58,275 nt of DNA. It comes from Solirubrobacterales bacterium. GTDB lineage: Bacteria; Actinomycetota; Thermoleophilia; Solirubrobacterales; 70-9. The notes beneath the pieces were generated by a model. The model searched no databases. It was not told where the DNA came from and was given only the letters and a program-made list of their open reading frames with translations. The position numbers and the translations under genes are program-made. The stretch lies in NCBI GenBank assembly GCA_036276995.1, contig DASUNU010000088.1, forward strand, positions 1 through 58,275, read 5' to 3'. Below are positions 35,676-45,033 of the stretch, piece by piece; position 1 is the first letter of the stretch, and each line of letters opens with the position of its first letter.

Positions 35676-36485
35676 ATGCGCGACGGCGCGCATCCAGCGA
35701 GCTCGCCTCTCCCCATGGCCCGAGAGCGCCATCTTCTGGCCCTGACCGAGGCCGGTGACCGAGCCGCCACCGAGGAATTGGTGACCGCCTTCATGCCGGC
35801 GATCAACGGGGTCGCAAACCGCTACCGCAGCTTCCGCAGCCTCGAACGCCGGGAGCTCCAGCAGGAGGGTGTCGTCGGCCTGCTGCGCGCCGCCCGGCGC
35901 TACGACAGCTGCTACGAGACGCCGTTCTGGGCCTATGCCTCGTGGTGGGTCCGGCAGGCGATACAGCAGCTCGTCGCCGAGCTGACCAGTCCCGTCGTCC
36001 TTTCCGACCGGGCCGCCCGCAGCCTCGTCCAGATGAAGCGGGCGCGCGCCGCCTTCGCCCAGGCGAACCGGCGCGAGCCCTCCGACTCCGAGCTCGCCGA
36101 GACCGCCAGGATGCCGCTGGACCAGGTCCAGCGCCTGGTCTCGGTCGAGCGCGCCCCGAGCAGTCTGCAGGCGCCCCCACCCGGCGACGGGGAAAGAGTG
36201 CCGACCTTCGCCGAGCGGCTCGCCGATCCAGTCGCCGAGGAGGAGTACGAACGGGTCGTCGACCTGGCCGACGGGGAGCACATCGGGGAACTCGCCGCCG
36301 GCCTCGAGGAGCGCGAGCGCCGCATCGTCTTTGCTCATTTCGGGATTGGCTGCCGGCAGCAGACGCTGCGCGAAATCGGCCGCGAGTCCAACCTCAGCGT
36401 CGAGCGGGTGAGGCAGCTGGAGGAGCGCGCCCTCGCCAAGCTCCGCGCAATAGTCGCCGGGCCGTGGGGCGCTTCCGGGGGCTAG
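35676..36485 (+). CDS. Sigma-70 family RNA polymerase sigma factor (regions 2-4)
   Basis: ATG preceded by GGAGGAAG. Region 2 [17 protein letters not shown]...[13 protein letters not shown]. Region 4 [28 protein letters not shown]. Confidence 0.8.
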   Translation: MRDGAHPASSPLPMARERHLLALTEAGDRAATEELVTAFMPAINGVANRYRSFRSLERRELQQEGVVGLLRAARRYDSCYETPFWAYASWWVRQAIQQLVAELTSPVVLSDRAARSLVQMKRARAAFAQANRREPSDSELAETARMPLDQVQRLVSVERAPSSLQAPPPGDGERVPTFAERLADPVAEEEYERVVDLADGEHIGELAAGLEERERRIVFAHFGIGCRQQTLREIGRESNLSVERVRQLEERALAKLRAIVAGPWGASGG

Positions 36486-36555
36486 CTTGATGGCGGAACT
36501 GAATATTGGGGTCCAACGCGAGATGGCAGGCCGATCCGACGATGGAGGTGGCGTG

Positions 36556-37197
36556 ATGGACGTGGTTATTGCTGGTGGACACGGAAAGATCGGCCTGCAG
36601 TTGGGCAAGCTGCTGGCCGCGCGCGGCGACCGGGTCAGGGGGCTGATCCGCAAGCCCGAGCAGGCCGAGGACCTGGTTGCCAACGGCATCGAGCCGGTCC
36701 TCTGCGACCTCGAGGCCGACGATGACGTGGGAGCGGCGGTCGAGAACGCCGATGCCATCGTCTTCGCGGCCGGCGCCGGTCCCGGCAGCGGGGCCGAGCG
36801 CAAGTGGTCCCTGGATTACGGCGGCGCCGTCAAGCTGATCGCGGCGGCAAATGCCAAGGGGGTGACTCGCTACGCGATGGTCAGTTCGATCGGCGCCGGA
36901 GATCCGCCGGCCGAGGGAGGCGGCGTCTTCGGCGAGTACCTGCGGGCCAAGGCAAAAGCCGACCAAGAGCTCGAAGCGAGCGGCCTCGATTACACGGTCG
37001 TGCGTCCAGCGAGCCTCACCGACGAGCCGCCGACCGGCCTGGTCACGATCGCCGACCGGGTGGAGCGAGGCGAGATCCCGCGTGCCGACGTGGTGGCGGT
37101 CCTAGCTACCGTCCTCACCGCCGACAACGCAGTCGGCAAGACGTTCGAGGTGGTCTCCGGCGAGACGCCCGTCGAGGCGGCGGTCGCCGCGCTCTGA
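36556..37197 (+). CDS. NAD(P)H-binding (atypical SDR / NmrA-like) protein
   Basis: ATG at 36556 after [24 protein letters not shown] Rossmann motif. Confidence 0.8.
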   Translation: MDVVIAGGHGKIGLQLGKLLAARGDRVRGLIRKPEQAEDLVANGIEPVLCDLEADDDVGAAVENADAIVFAAGAGPGSGAERKWSLDYGGAVKLIAAANAKGVTRYAMVSSIGAGDPPAEGGGVFGEYLRAKAKADQELEASGLDYTVVRPASLTDEPPTGLVTIADRVERGEIPRADVVAVLATVLTADNAVGKTFEVVSGETPVEAAVAAL

Positions 37198-37279
37198 GTC
37201 CCGGTCAACAACGAACTCGCGGATCGGTCTCCTAGAGAGGGACCTCACGGCTTCCGAGCAGGCGGTTAAACCCCGCCGC

Positions 37280-38950
37280 TCAGGGGTTGAGCTGGGCGTG
37301 GACGAGGCGTACCGCCATTGCCCCCTCGCCGACCGCTGAGGCGACGCGCTTGATCGAGCCGGCTCGGACATCCCCGGCGGCGAGGATCCCCGGCACCCCG
37401 GTTTCGAGCAGGGCGGGAGGCGCCTCGCCGTTGCGGCTCTCCGCTGCCGCGCCGGACCCGGTCAGCACGTAACCGTGGTCGTCGAGGGGGACGACGCCCT
37501 CGAGCCAGTCCGTGCACGGCTCGGCGCCGATGAAGACGAACAGCTCGCGCAGGTCGAGGGGCCGGCGTGCGCCGCTCTCCAAGTCCTCGACGACGACCCC
37601 TTCCAGGGAGTCGTCCCCGAGCAGCTCGCGGACCTCGGTGTTGCGAAGCACCTCGACGTTGGGCAGGCGCTCGATCCGGTCGGCCAGGTAGCGCGACATG
37701 TCGCGAGTCAGCTCGCCATGGCGAAGCAGCAGATAGACCTTGCTGGCACGGCGTGAGAGGAAGGCGGTTGCCTGCCCGGCCGAGTTGCCGCCGCCGACCA
37801 CGGCGACCGGAGCGCCGACGCAGAGCTGCTCCTCCATGAAGGTTGCCTCGTAGTGGACACCGCTGCCCTCGAAGTGCTCGAGCCGCTCGACCGGGAGACG
37901 GCGATAACGGGCGCCGGTGGCGATCAGCAACGCCCGCGTTTGCAGCGTCGAGCCGTCGTCAAGCGAGATCGTGTGGGATCCGTCACCGAGCTCGAGCCCG
38001 ACCGCGGCGGCACCGACGACGATCCGGGCACCGAACTTGCGCGCCTGGATCGTCGCCCGTTCGGCCAGCTCGGCGCCGGAGATCCCCGACGGGAAGCCGA
38101 GGTAGTTCTCGATCCGCGAGGAGGTGCTGGCCTGGCCGCCGACGGCGATTCCGTCGAGGGCCGCGGTGAGCAAGCCCTCCGAGGCACCGTAGACGGTCGC
38201 TGCCAGGCCGGCCGGCCCGGCGCCGACGACGACGAGGTCGCTGACCCGGTCGCGCGGCGGCTCCTCGCGCATCCCGGCCGCCGCCGCCAGCTCAGCGTTT
38301 CCCGGGTTGCGCCAGACCCGGCTGCCCCAGACCACGACCGGGGTTTCCTCGGGCAGGATCCCGAGCCGCTCGAGCAGCGCCTCGGCACGAGGGTCGCGGT
38401 CGGGGTCGATCCAGCGGAACGGCAGCCGGTTGCGGGCAGCGAAGTCGCGCAGGCGGCGGGTGTCCGGGAGGTGGCGTGAGCCGACGATCTTGAGGCCGGC
38501 GCCGAGGCCGCTGAGCAGCTCTCGACGCAGCAGGAAGGCGCGCAGCACTAGGTCGGCGAGGGGCGGATCCTCGCCGACCAGCTGGCGCAGCGTGTCCGGG
38601 GCCACCTGCAGCACCTGCCCGGCCTCGCGGACGACCGTCGTGTAGAAGGCCGGCTGCCCAGTCAGCAGGCTGAGCTCCCCGAGGAAGCGGCGGGGGCCAT
38701 GGACGGCGACCGCGGGCTCGTCCCCCTCGGCGTCGACGTGGGCGGAAATCAGGCCCTCGAGGACGACGAAGAAGTCGTAGGGAGAGTCGCCCTGGCGGTA
38801 GAGGCGCTCCCCCACCTTCGTCGGCGAGCTGCGCCCGCGCGCCGTCAACGTCTCGATCTGACCCCCGCTGAGCCGCGGGAAGGCGCCGTCGCGGTCGGGG
38901 GTCTCGGTTGGCTCGGGGGCGCCCATGCCCTGATTGCGCACAGCGGCCAT
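37280..38950 (-). CDS. Cyclic-nucleotide-binding-like domain / glutaredoxin-like domain / thioredoxin-reductase-like FAD oxidoreductase fusion (no CxxC), third paralog
   Basis: cNMP-like LYRQGDSPYDFFVVLEGLI...RFLGELSLLTG. TrxR-like VVVGAGPAGLAATVYGASEG, GGQASTSSRIENYLGFP, VGGGNSAGQATAFL and GILAAGDVR. Start ambiguous (ATG at 39028, 38950 or 38926). Confidence 0.8.
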   Translation of the reverse strand: MAAVRNQGMGAPEPTETPDRDGAFPRLSGGQIETLTARGRSSPTKVGERLYRQGDSPYDFFVVLEGLISAHVDAEGDEPAVAVHGPRRFLGELSLLTGQPAFYTTVVREAGQVLQVAPDTLRQLVGEDPPLADLVLRAFLLRRELLSGLGAGLKIVGSRHLPDTRRLRDFAARNRLPFRWIDPDRDPRAEALLERLGILPEETPVVVWGSRVWRNPGNAELAAAAGMREEPPRDRVSDLVVVGAGPAGLAATVYGASEGLLTAALDGIAVGGQASTSSRIENYLGFPSGISGAELAERATIQARKFGARIVVGAAAVGLELGDGSHTISLDDGSTLQTRALLIATGARYRRLPVERLEHFEGSGVHYEATFMEEQLCVGAPVAVVGGGNSAGQATAFLSRRASKVYLLLRHGELTRDMSRYLADRIERLPNVEVLRNTEVRELLGDDSLEGVVVEDLESGARRPLDLRELFVFIGAEPCTDWLEGVVPLDDHGYVLTGSGAAAESRNGEAPPALLETGVPGILAAGDVRAGSIKRVASAVGEGAMAVRLVHAQLNP

Positions 38951-39195
38951 GTGGCATCTGGTAGGCCGCGCCGCTGGGTTGTCAACTCTGGGTGAGCCGA
39001 GGCCCGCTGGCGCCGGGCTTGAAGCCACGTCCGCATGTCATACCAGTGGGAGTGCACACAGGGTGGCAAGGGCGGCCCGAGCGATGCAATCTGAAAAGGG
39101 GCGGGGTTGGATTCGAAACAACTCGACGTTGGCGCTGATCGTCAAGCGTCTGGCCGGAGGCCCATGGCGGTTGGAGGCGGTGCAGTGTCCTGACG

Positions 39196-39411
39196 ATGTC
39201 GCAGACGCAATGTCCCAATTGCCGGCTGCGGATCCGTACCGCGGCCCCTCCCCTGCATTGCCCCCGTTGCCTCGTGCGAGGAATGGGACGCTTCGAGTTC
39301 GTCGCCTTCCCAGATGAGGGACAGCCCGAGGACCAGGAGAAACCGGCTCGACCGGCCCCACGAATCGTCTCGAGGGAGCGCCGGCGACGCTACAGATCGA
39401 GCAAACGGTGA
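39196..39411 (+). CDS. Possible small zinc-ribbon protein (71 aa)
   Basis: CPNC...17 aa...CPRC pair followed by a basic tail. Weak and distant SD. Lies in a lower-GC patch and could be spurious. Confidence 0.3.
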   Translation: MSQTQCPNCRLRIRTAAPPLHCPRCLVRGMGRFEFVAFPDEGQPEDQEKPARPAPRIVSRERRRRYRSSKR

Positions 39412-39424
39412 TTTGGAAAACGCG

Positions 39425-39796
39425 ATGCCGCGGCTGAACCACGAGAGCCACGACCGGCTGCTGCGCTCCGTCCCGCAGGTCGGATCCGCCCTGGTCGACC
39501 TTCCCGCTCCCGACCTGCGGCGCCTGCGCTACTTCGCCGCGGTGGCCGAGGAGCTGAGCTTCTCCGGCGCCGCCATTCGGCTCGGCCTCTCCCAGCAGGC
39601 GCTGTCGGCGCAGATCCGCTGCCTCGAGGAGCAGGTCGGACGCAGCCTCTTCTTCCGCACCACCAGGCGGGTCGAGCTGACCGCGGCGGGCCGCGCGCTG
39701 CTGCCGAAGGCTCAGCTCAGCCTGCAAACGGCACACGAGGCGCTCGACACCGCGCGGGCCTCTGAGCCGGAGCCCAGATACAAGCCCTGGTTGTGA
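39425..39796 (+). pseudogene. LysR-family regulator fragment (HTH domain only)
   Basis: LRRLRYFAAVAEELSFSGAAIRLGLSQQALSAQIRCLEEQVGRSLFFRTTRRVELTAAGRALL is a complete LysR wHTH, but the ORF ends after about 123 aa with no effector-binding domain. Confidence 0.55.
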
Positions 39797-39934
39797 TTCC
39801 GGCGCCCCGTCCGGGGGCAGTTAGGGCTCATGTCGAACCCCTGCGAATCCCTCCGTCCGGGTCAACGCGACGAGCGGATCGCCGTCGGCGATATCGGCCG
39901 AGCTTTGTGATCACCTCCGAGCGCGAGCGCGACG

Positions 39935-41133
39935 GTGCGTGAAGGTCGCACTCGAGCCGTAGGCCGCGACGCCCTGGCGGCGGCTGCGTCGGCCCTCTGG
40001 CTGATTCCGGTCGGCTGCCTCCTCGCCGGGGCGGCGCTCTCCTTGACGACGACCGCGATCGACAGCGCCAACGGGTTCGACCTGTTGCCGGGCACCCTCA
40101 CCGGTTCGCCGAGCGCGGCCCGCCAGATCCTTGCGACGATCGCGCAGTCGACGGTGCAGCTGACGGGGCTGGTGCTCAGCCTCAGCCTGGTCGTGATTCA
40201 GCTCGCGATGGGGCAGTTCTCGCCGCGAATCGTCCGCTCGCTGCTCAACGACCGCCGTAGCCAGTGGGCGATCGGCGTCTTCGTCGGGACCGTCGCCTTC
40301 ACGCTGCTCTCGATCCGCCGGGTCGGCGAGGGCGGTGAGGTGCCCGGGCTGACGATGCTGGTCGCCTATCTGCTGGCCATGGCGAGCTTCGCGACGCTCC
40401 TCCTCTACATCCATCACATCGGCCAGTCGATGCGCGTCGCCGGCCTGATCGACCTGGTCGGCGACGACCTCCGCGACGAGCTCGACAGCCGCTACGACGA
40501 ACCGGTGGCGGACGCGACCGGAGTTCTGCCGACGGACGCGATCGCAGCTCCCAAGCCCGGCGTCGTCTGCGAGGTGGATCGCGAGCGCCTGGTCGAGCTC
40601 GCCGCCGCGGCCGGCTGCCGGCTCGAGCTGGTGCCGATGATGGGGGACTTCGTCCCTTCCGAAGCGCCGCTGATCCAGGTCGAGGGCGACGACGGGCGGC
40701 TGGACCGCGCCGCGGCGGTGCGGTCGGTCGTGCTCGGCGGCGAGCGCACCCACACTCGCGACCCAGCCTACGGCTTCCGCAAACTCGTCGACATCGCCGA
40801 GCGCAGCATCGCCCAGCCCTTCGACGATCCGACCACGGCCGTACAGGCGATCGACCGGCTCCACGACTGCCTGCGCCAGCTCTCCGGCCGGCAGCTGGGC
40901 AGCGGCGAGTGGCGCGGCGCCTCTTCGCCGCCCTCGACGACCTGCTCGCGACCGCCCCCGCGGCCCGCCGTCCGCCGCTCGAGCGCCAGCGCGAGCTGCT
41001 CGTGGCGGCGGTCGAGGCCGCCTACGACGACTGGCGCACGGCCGAGGCGGCCCAGGTCCCCGACATCCAGGGAATCGGTTCCGGCGCCGACGTCGCAGCG
41101 GCGCCGGGAGCGGTGGAAGGGGCCGCGCGGTGA
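39935..41133 (+). pseudogene. DUF2254-family membrane protein, apparently disrupted by an internal deletion/frameshift near 40900
   Basis: A good DUF2254-like sequence (QSTVQLTGLVLSLSLVVIQLAMGQFSPRIVRSLL...DPTTAVQAIDRLHDCLRQL) turns into Pro/Arg/Ser junk after ...GSGEW. A plausible C-terminal continuation (ARRLFAALDDLLATAP...) lies in another frame at 40909-41133. Confidence 0.5.
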
Positions 41134-41191
41134 CGAAGCCACAAATTGCCGGGTTGACAGGAGTGTCGCGGCGGCCTACCGGAGAGTAGAG

Positions 41192-41758
41192 ATGCCGATC
41201 CAGTTGCAGACCGAACAGGGAATCGTGCGGGTGCCGACCGGGACCTGGACGGTGGATCCGATCCACTCCAGCGTCGGCTTCGAGGTCAAGCACATGATGA
41301 TCTCCACCGTCCGCGGGCACTTCAAGCAGTACGAGGGGGTGCTGGAGGCGGCCGAGGACTACCACGACTCACGGGTTCGGGGCAGCGCCCAGGTCGCCTC
41401 GATCGACACCAACAACGACGACCGCGACGAACACCTGCGGGGGCCAGACTTCTTCGACGCCGAGCGCTGGCCGTCGATCAGCTTCGAGTCGACGGCGATC
41501 GAGCACGTCGAGGCAGGGAGCTACCGGGTCACCGGCAATCTGACGATCAAGGGCGTCACCCGCGAGATCGAGGTCGAGGCCAACGTCGAAGGCGCGGCCG
41601 TCGACCCCTGGGGCAAAGATCGCGTCGGCATCGCGGTCCGCGGCTCGATCGACCGGACCGAGTTCGGTCTCACCTGGCAGCAGTCTCTTGTCGGCGGCGG
41701 GCTGCTGGTCGGCGACGAGGTCGCGCTGCGAATCGACATCTCCGCGGTGCGGGCTTAG
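41192..41758 (+). CDS. YceI-family polyisoprenoid-binding protein
   Basis: [26 protein letters not shown]...[20 protein letters not shown]...[12 protein letters not shown] is typical. ATG at 41192 after GGAGAG. Confidence 0.85.
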   Translation: MPIQLQTEQGIVRVPTGTWTVDPIHSSVGFEVKHMMISTVRGHFKQYEGVLEAAEDYHDSRVRGSAQVASIDTNNDDRDEHLRGPDFFDAERWPSISFESTAIEHVEAGSYRVTGNLTIKGVTREIEVEANVEGAAVDPWGKDRVGIAVRGSIDRTEFGLTWQQSLVGGGLLVGDEVALRIDISAVRA

Positions 41759-41777
41759 GGAGGGCAACGCCGTGGCG

Positions 41778-43205
41778 ATGGCTCATGCCAAGGCAGGCCC
41801 CCGCGGCGGCTACGCGACCGTCAACCCGTACACCAACGAGGTGGTGCGGGAGTTCCCTTCGCTGCGCGGCGAGGAGATCGATCGGGTCATCGAACGGGCT
41901 CACAGCGCGTCGGGGCCGTGGCGGCAGCAATCGACGGCGGAGCGGGCCGCAATCGTCGGGCGCGCGGCGTTGCTGATGCGGAAGCGCTATGAGGAGCTGG
42001 CGCGGACGATCACGCTCGAGATGGGGAAGCTGATCCGCCACAGCCGGGCGGAGCTGGACCTGACGATCCGGATCCTCGAGTACTACGCCGAGAAGGGCCC
42101 GGCGCAGGTAGCGGACCAGCCGCTGGAGATGGACGACGGGGGCTCGGCGCTCATCCGCACCGAGCCGCTCGGGGTCCTGCTGACCGTGCAGCCGTGGAAC
42201 TTCCCCGCCTACCAGGCGATCCGGATCAGCGCCCCGAACCTGGTGCTCGGCAACACGATCCTGCTCAAGCACGCGCGGAACGTGCCCCAATCCGCGCTGG
42301 CGATCGAGGCGCTGTTCGCGGATGCCGGCGCTCCCGAGGGCGTTTTCACCAACGTCTTCGTCGAGGTTGAGGACATCGCGCGGATGGTCGAGAGCCCGCT
42401 CGTCCAGGGCTGCTCGCTGACCGGCAGCGACCGGGCCGGCGCGGCTTTGGGAGAGGAGGCCGGCGGTGGACTCAAGAAGGTGGTGCTGGAGCTCGGCGGC
42501 AGCGACCCGTTCATCGTCCTCGACGGCGACAACCTCGAGCGCACGGTGGAGGCGGCGTTCGTCGGGCGGATGCACAACATGGGCCAGGTCTGCACCAGCG
42601 CCAAGCGGATGATCGTGATGGCCGACGTCTTCCAGGACTTCCTCGACGGCCTCGCCGAACGGATGGCCGAGCTCGAACCTGGCGACCCCTTCGACGAGAC
42701 GACGACCCTGGCGCCGCTCTCCTCCGAGCGGGCGGCCGAGCTGGTGATCGAGCAGGTCGGCGAGGCCGTCGAGAAGGGCGCCGGCGTGGTGACCGGCGGC
42801 CGCCGCATCGACCGCCCCGGCGCCTTCGTCGAGCCGACGATCCTGGCCGATGTCACCCCTGAGATGCGCGCCTACCACGAGGAGCTGTTCGGTCCGGTCG
42901 CTGTCGTTTACCGGGTCGAGTCGGACGAGGAGGCGATCGCCCTCGCCAACGGCTCGCAGTACGGGCTCGGCGCGGCGGTGTTCGGCAGCGACGGCGAGCG
43001 CGCCCAGGCGGTGGCTGCCCGGCTCGAGGCCGGGATGGTCTTCGTCAACCACCCGACCGCCTCGGAGCCGGGCCTGCCCTTCGGGGGAGTCAAGCGCTCC
43101 GGCTTCGGGCGCGAGCTCTCCCACCTCGGGCTCCTCGAGTTCGCCAACCGCAAGCTGATCGCGACGACGCCCACCGACGCGCCGATTCGCGATGCCCTGG
43201 GCTAA
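41778..43205 (+). CDS. NAD(P)+-dependent aldehyde dehydrogenase (succinate-semialdehyde dehydrogenase-like)
   Basis: [15 protein letters not shown], catalytic-Cys region [16 protein letters not shown] and [13 protein letters not shown]. Confidence 0.9.
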   Translation: MAHAKAGPRGGYATVNPYTNEVVREFPSLRGEEIDRVIERAHSASGPWRQQSTAERAAIVGRAALLMRKRYEELARTITLEMGKLIRHSRAELDLTIRILEYYAEKGPAQVADQPLEMDDGGSALIRTEPLGVLLTVQPWNFPAYQAIRISAPNLVLGNTILLKHARNVPQSALAIEALFADAGAPEGVFTNVFVEVEDIARMVESPLVQGCSLTGSDRAGAALGEEAGGGLKKVVLELGGSDPFIVLDGDNLERTVEAAFVGRMHNMGQVCTSAKRMIVMADVFQDFLDGLAERMAELEPGDPFDETTTLAPLSSERAAELVIEQVGEAVEKGAGVVTGGRRIDRPGAFVEPTILADVTPEMRAYHEELFGPVAVVYRVESDEEAIALANGSQYGLGAAVFGSDGERAQAVAARLEAGMVFVNHPTASEPGLPFGGVKRSGFGRELSHLGLLEFANRKLIATTPTDAPIRDALG

Positions 43206-43220
43206 GCCAGGAACGTGAGA

Positions 43221-43294
43221 CGGGGCAGCCAGGACTCGAACCTGGAATCGCCGGTTTTGGAGACCGGTGCCTTAGCCAGTTGGGCCACTGCCCC
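43221..43294 (-). tRNA. tRNA-Trp (CCA)
   Basis: Reverse complement is GGGGCAG-TG-GCCC-AACTGGCTA-AGGC-A-CCGGT-CTCCAAA-ACCGG-CGATT-CCAGG-TTCGAGT-CCTGG-CTGCCCC-G. Confidence 0.9.
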
Positions 43295-43341
43295 GAGCGG
43301 GATTTGGATCGTAACGAGCGCCGGGTCGCGCGGTCCGGCGA

Positions 43342-43425
43342 TGCGGGCGGAGGGACTTGAACCCCCACGGGCCGAAGCCCACCAGGACCTAAACCTGGCA
43401 CGTCTGCCAATTCCGTCACGCCCGC
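43342..43425 (-). tRNA. tRNA-Leu (UAG)
   Basis: Reverse complement is GCGGGCGTGACGGAATTGGCAGACGTGCCAGG-TTTAGGT-CCTGG + long variable arm TGGGCTTCGGCCCGT + GGGGG-TTCAAGT-CCCTC-CGCCCGC-A. Confidence 0.9.
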
Positions 43426-43487
43426 GTGACGCCCCGCCAATCGGGGCTTAACGCGCGACCAATGCCGCATCGTCGCTGACAGATTCT

Positions 43488-44015
43488 ATGATCGTCGGCA
43501 TGGCTGTAGGAGAGGTGAGGCCGGGCTACGAACTGTGGCGGCCGAATCGGGAAAAGGCTGGGTCGGTCACGACCAAGTTCGTGATCGCGCTTTTGCTGCT
43601 GGCGACGGCGGTGTTGGCGGCCCTGATCACGATCGGCGGCTGGTCGCTGCTCAAGGGCGGCGGCAGCATGGCCCTGGTCTGCATCATCTACGTCGTCCTC
43701 TACGCCTTCTTCGCCTTCTTGGTCGCCCGCTGGAACCGGGGCATCCTGCCGGTCGCCGCGGCGCTCTCGACGATCCTGGCGATCTTCTGCGCGGTCGGGG
43801 CCGGCAGCTGGTTCGCCCGCGAAAAGAGCGGTTTCGACGAGGCTCTGCTGCCCTCCTCGCTGGTCGGCACCCTGGTCGTGATCCTCGGCCTGCTGCAGAT
43901 CGTCGTCGTGATCGCCGCCTTCTACGGCTTCAGCCAGGAGTGGCACGTCGAGGAGGAGCGCCCGATCGGCTCGGGCGAGGACTACGGCGCCGGCGCCGCG
44001 CCGCAGCCCGCCTAG
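43488..44015 (+). CDS. Hypothetical 4-TM membrane protein
   Basis: 175 aa with four clear hydrophobic helices. Flanked by tRNA genes. No family recognised. Confidence 0.55.
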   Translation: MIVGMAVGEVRPGYELWRPNREKAGSVTTKFVIALLLLATAVLAALITIGGWSLLKGGGSMALVCIIYVVLYAFFAFLVARWNRGILPVAAALSTILAIFCAVGAGSWFAREKSGFDEALLPSSLVGTLVVILGLLQIVVVIAAFYGFSQEWHVEEERPIGSGEDYGAGAAPQPA

Positions 44016-44019
44016 TTAG

Positions 44020-44103
44020 TGCCGGAGGAGGGACTCGAACCCTCAAGCCCGCAAGGGCAATCGATTTTGAGTCGATCGCGTATGCCAATTCCGCCACTCC
44101 GGC
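44020..44103 (-). tRNA. tRNA-Leu (CAA)
   Basis: Reverse complement is GCCGGAGTGGCGGAATTGGCATACGCGATCGA-CTCAAAA-TCGAT + variable arm TGCCCTTGCGGGCT + TGAGGG-TTCGAGT-CCCTC-CTCCGGC-A. Confidence 0.9.
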
Positions 44104-44190
44104 GCCGGGGGAACGATAGAGCGCCAGGGCCGGAGAGCCGGCGCGGGCCGGCTGGCCTGCTGGCCAGTCGCGACTAGACTGCCGGCGGGG

Positions 44191-45033
44191 ATGCGGATCC
44201 ACCACCTCAGCTGCGGGTCGATGTGCCCACGCGGGGGGCGCCTGCTCGGGGGCGAGGGCGGCCCGACCGCCAAGCACGAAATCATCTGCCACTGCCTGCT
44301 GATCGAGAGCTCCGACGGGCTTGTCCTGGTCGACAGCGGCTTCGGCAGCGGCGACGTCCGCGACCCCTCCCAGCTCGGCTGGCTGCCGCGCGCCACCCTG
44401 CACCCGCGCCTGCGCCAGGAGGAAACCGCGATCGCCCAGATCGAGGCGCTCGGCTTCGCCGCCGTCGACGTCCGCCACATCGTCGCCACCCACCTCGACA
44501 TCGACCACGCCGGCGGCCTGCCGGACTTCCCCGACGCCAAGGTCCACCTGCTCGCGGCCGAGAAGGAGGCGGCGCTGCACCCGCCCCTGCGCGAGCGCAC
44601 TCGCTACCCCAAGGAGCACCTGCAGCACGGCCCGCGCTGGGCCGAGTACGACAGCGGCGCCGGCGGCGATCGCTGGTTCGGCTTCGAGAGCGTGCGGGTC
44701 CTGCCCGACCTCGATGTCGAGCTGGCGCTGATCCCGCTCGTCGGCCACTCGCTCGGGCACGCCGGGGTCGCCGTCAACACCGGCGATGACTGGCTGCTGC
44801 ACTGCGGCGACGCCTACTTCAGCCCGACCCAGATCGCGACGCCGCCGAGCTGCCCACCGATGCTGAGCGTGTTCCAGCGCATCGTCGCCGCCGACCACGG
44901 CGCTCGCTGCGCCAACACCGAGCGGCTGCGCGAGCTGGCCGCGAACCATGGCGATGAGGTCTCGCTGTTCAGCGCCCACGACCGGGGTGAGCTGGCCAGG
45001 GAGCGCGCCGCCCGCGCGGCGGCGACGGCGTGA
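44191..45033 (+). CDS. MBL-fold metallo-hydrolase
   Basis: THLDIDHAGGLPDF (HxHxDH) and downstream His residues. Confidence 0.85.
   Translation: MRIHHLSCGSMCPRGGRLLGGEGGPTAKHEIICHCLLIESSDGLVLVDSGFGSGDVRDPSQLGWLPRATLHPRLRQEETAIAQIEALGFAAVDVRHIVATHLDIDHAGGLPDFPDAKVHLLAAEKEAALHPPLRERTRYPKEHLQHGPRWAEYDSGAGGDRWFGFESVRVLPDLDVELALIPLVGHSLGHAGVAVNTGDDWLLHCGDAYFSPTQIATPPSCPPMLSVFQRIVAADHGARCANTERLRELAANHGDEVSLFSAHDRGELARERAARAAATA

Noticed and set aside
35454-36803. N-terminal 450-aa extension of the DnaK ORF (track ORF 33567..36803).
   Set aside because: DnaK begins at the canonical [14 protein letters not shown] with a strong SD at 35453. The extension is antisense to a well-supported sigma factor gene and has junk composition.
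37257-37280. A possible bidirectional terminator hairpin (AGCaGGCGG-ttaaacc-CCGCCGCT) between the convergent SDR-like and TrxR-like genes. A similar GC hairpin without a T-tract lies at about 28815-28845.
   Set aside because: The stems are short or bulged, there is no U-tract, and one arm overlaps a stop codon. This is too weak to call as an intrinsic terminator.
39095-39140. A tRNA-like T-arm fragment (ggggttggattcgaaacaac) as a possible att remnant.
   Set aside because: It does not match GGTTCGAATCC and cannot be folded into a T-arm with an adjacent acceptor stem. The resemblance is probably chance.
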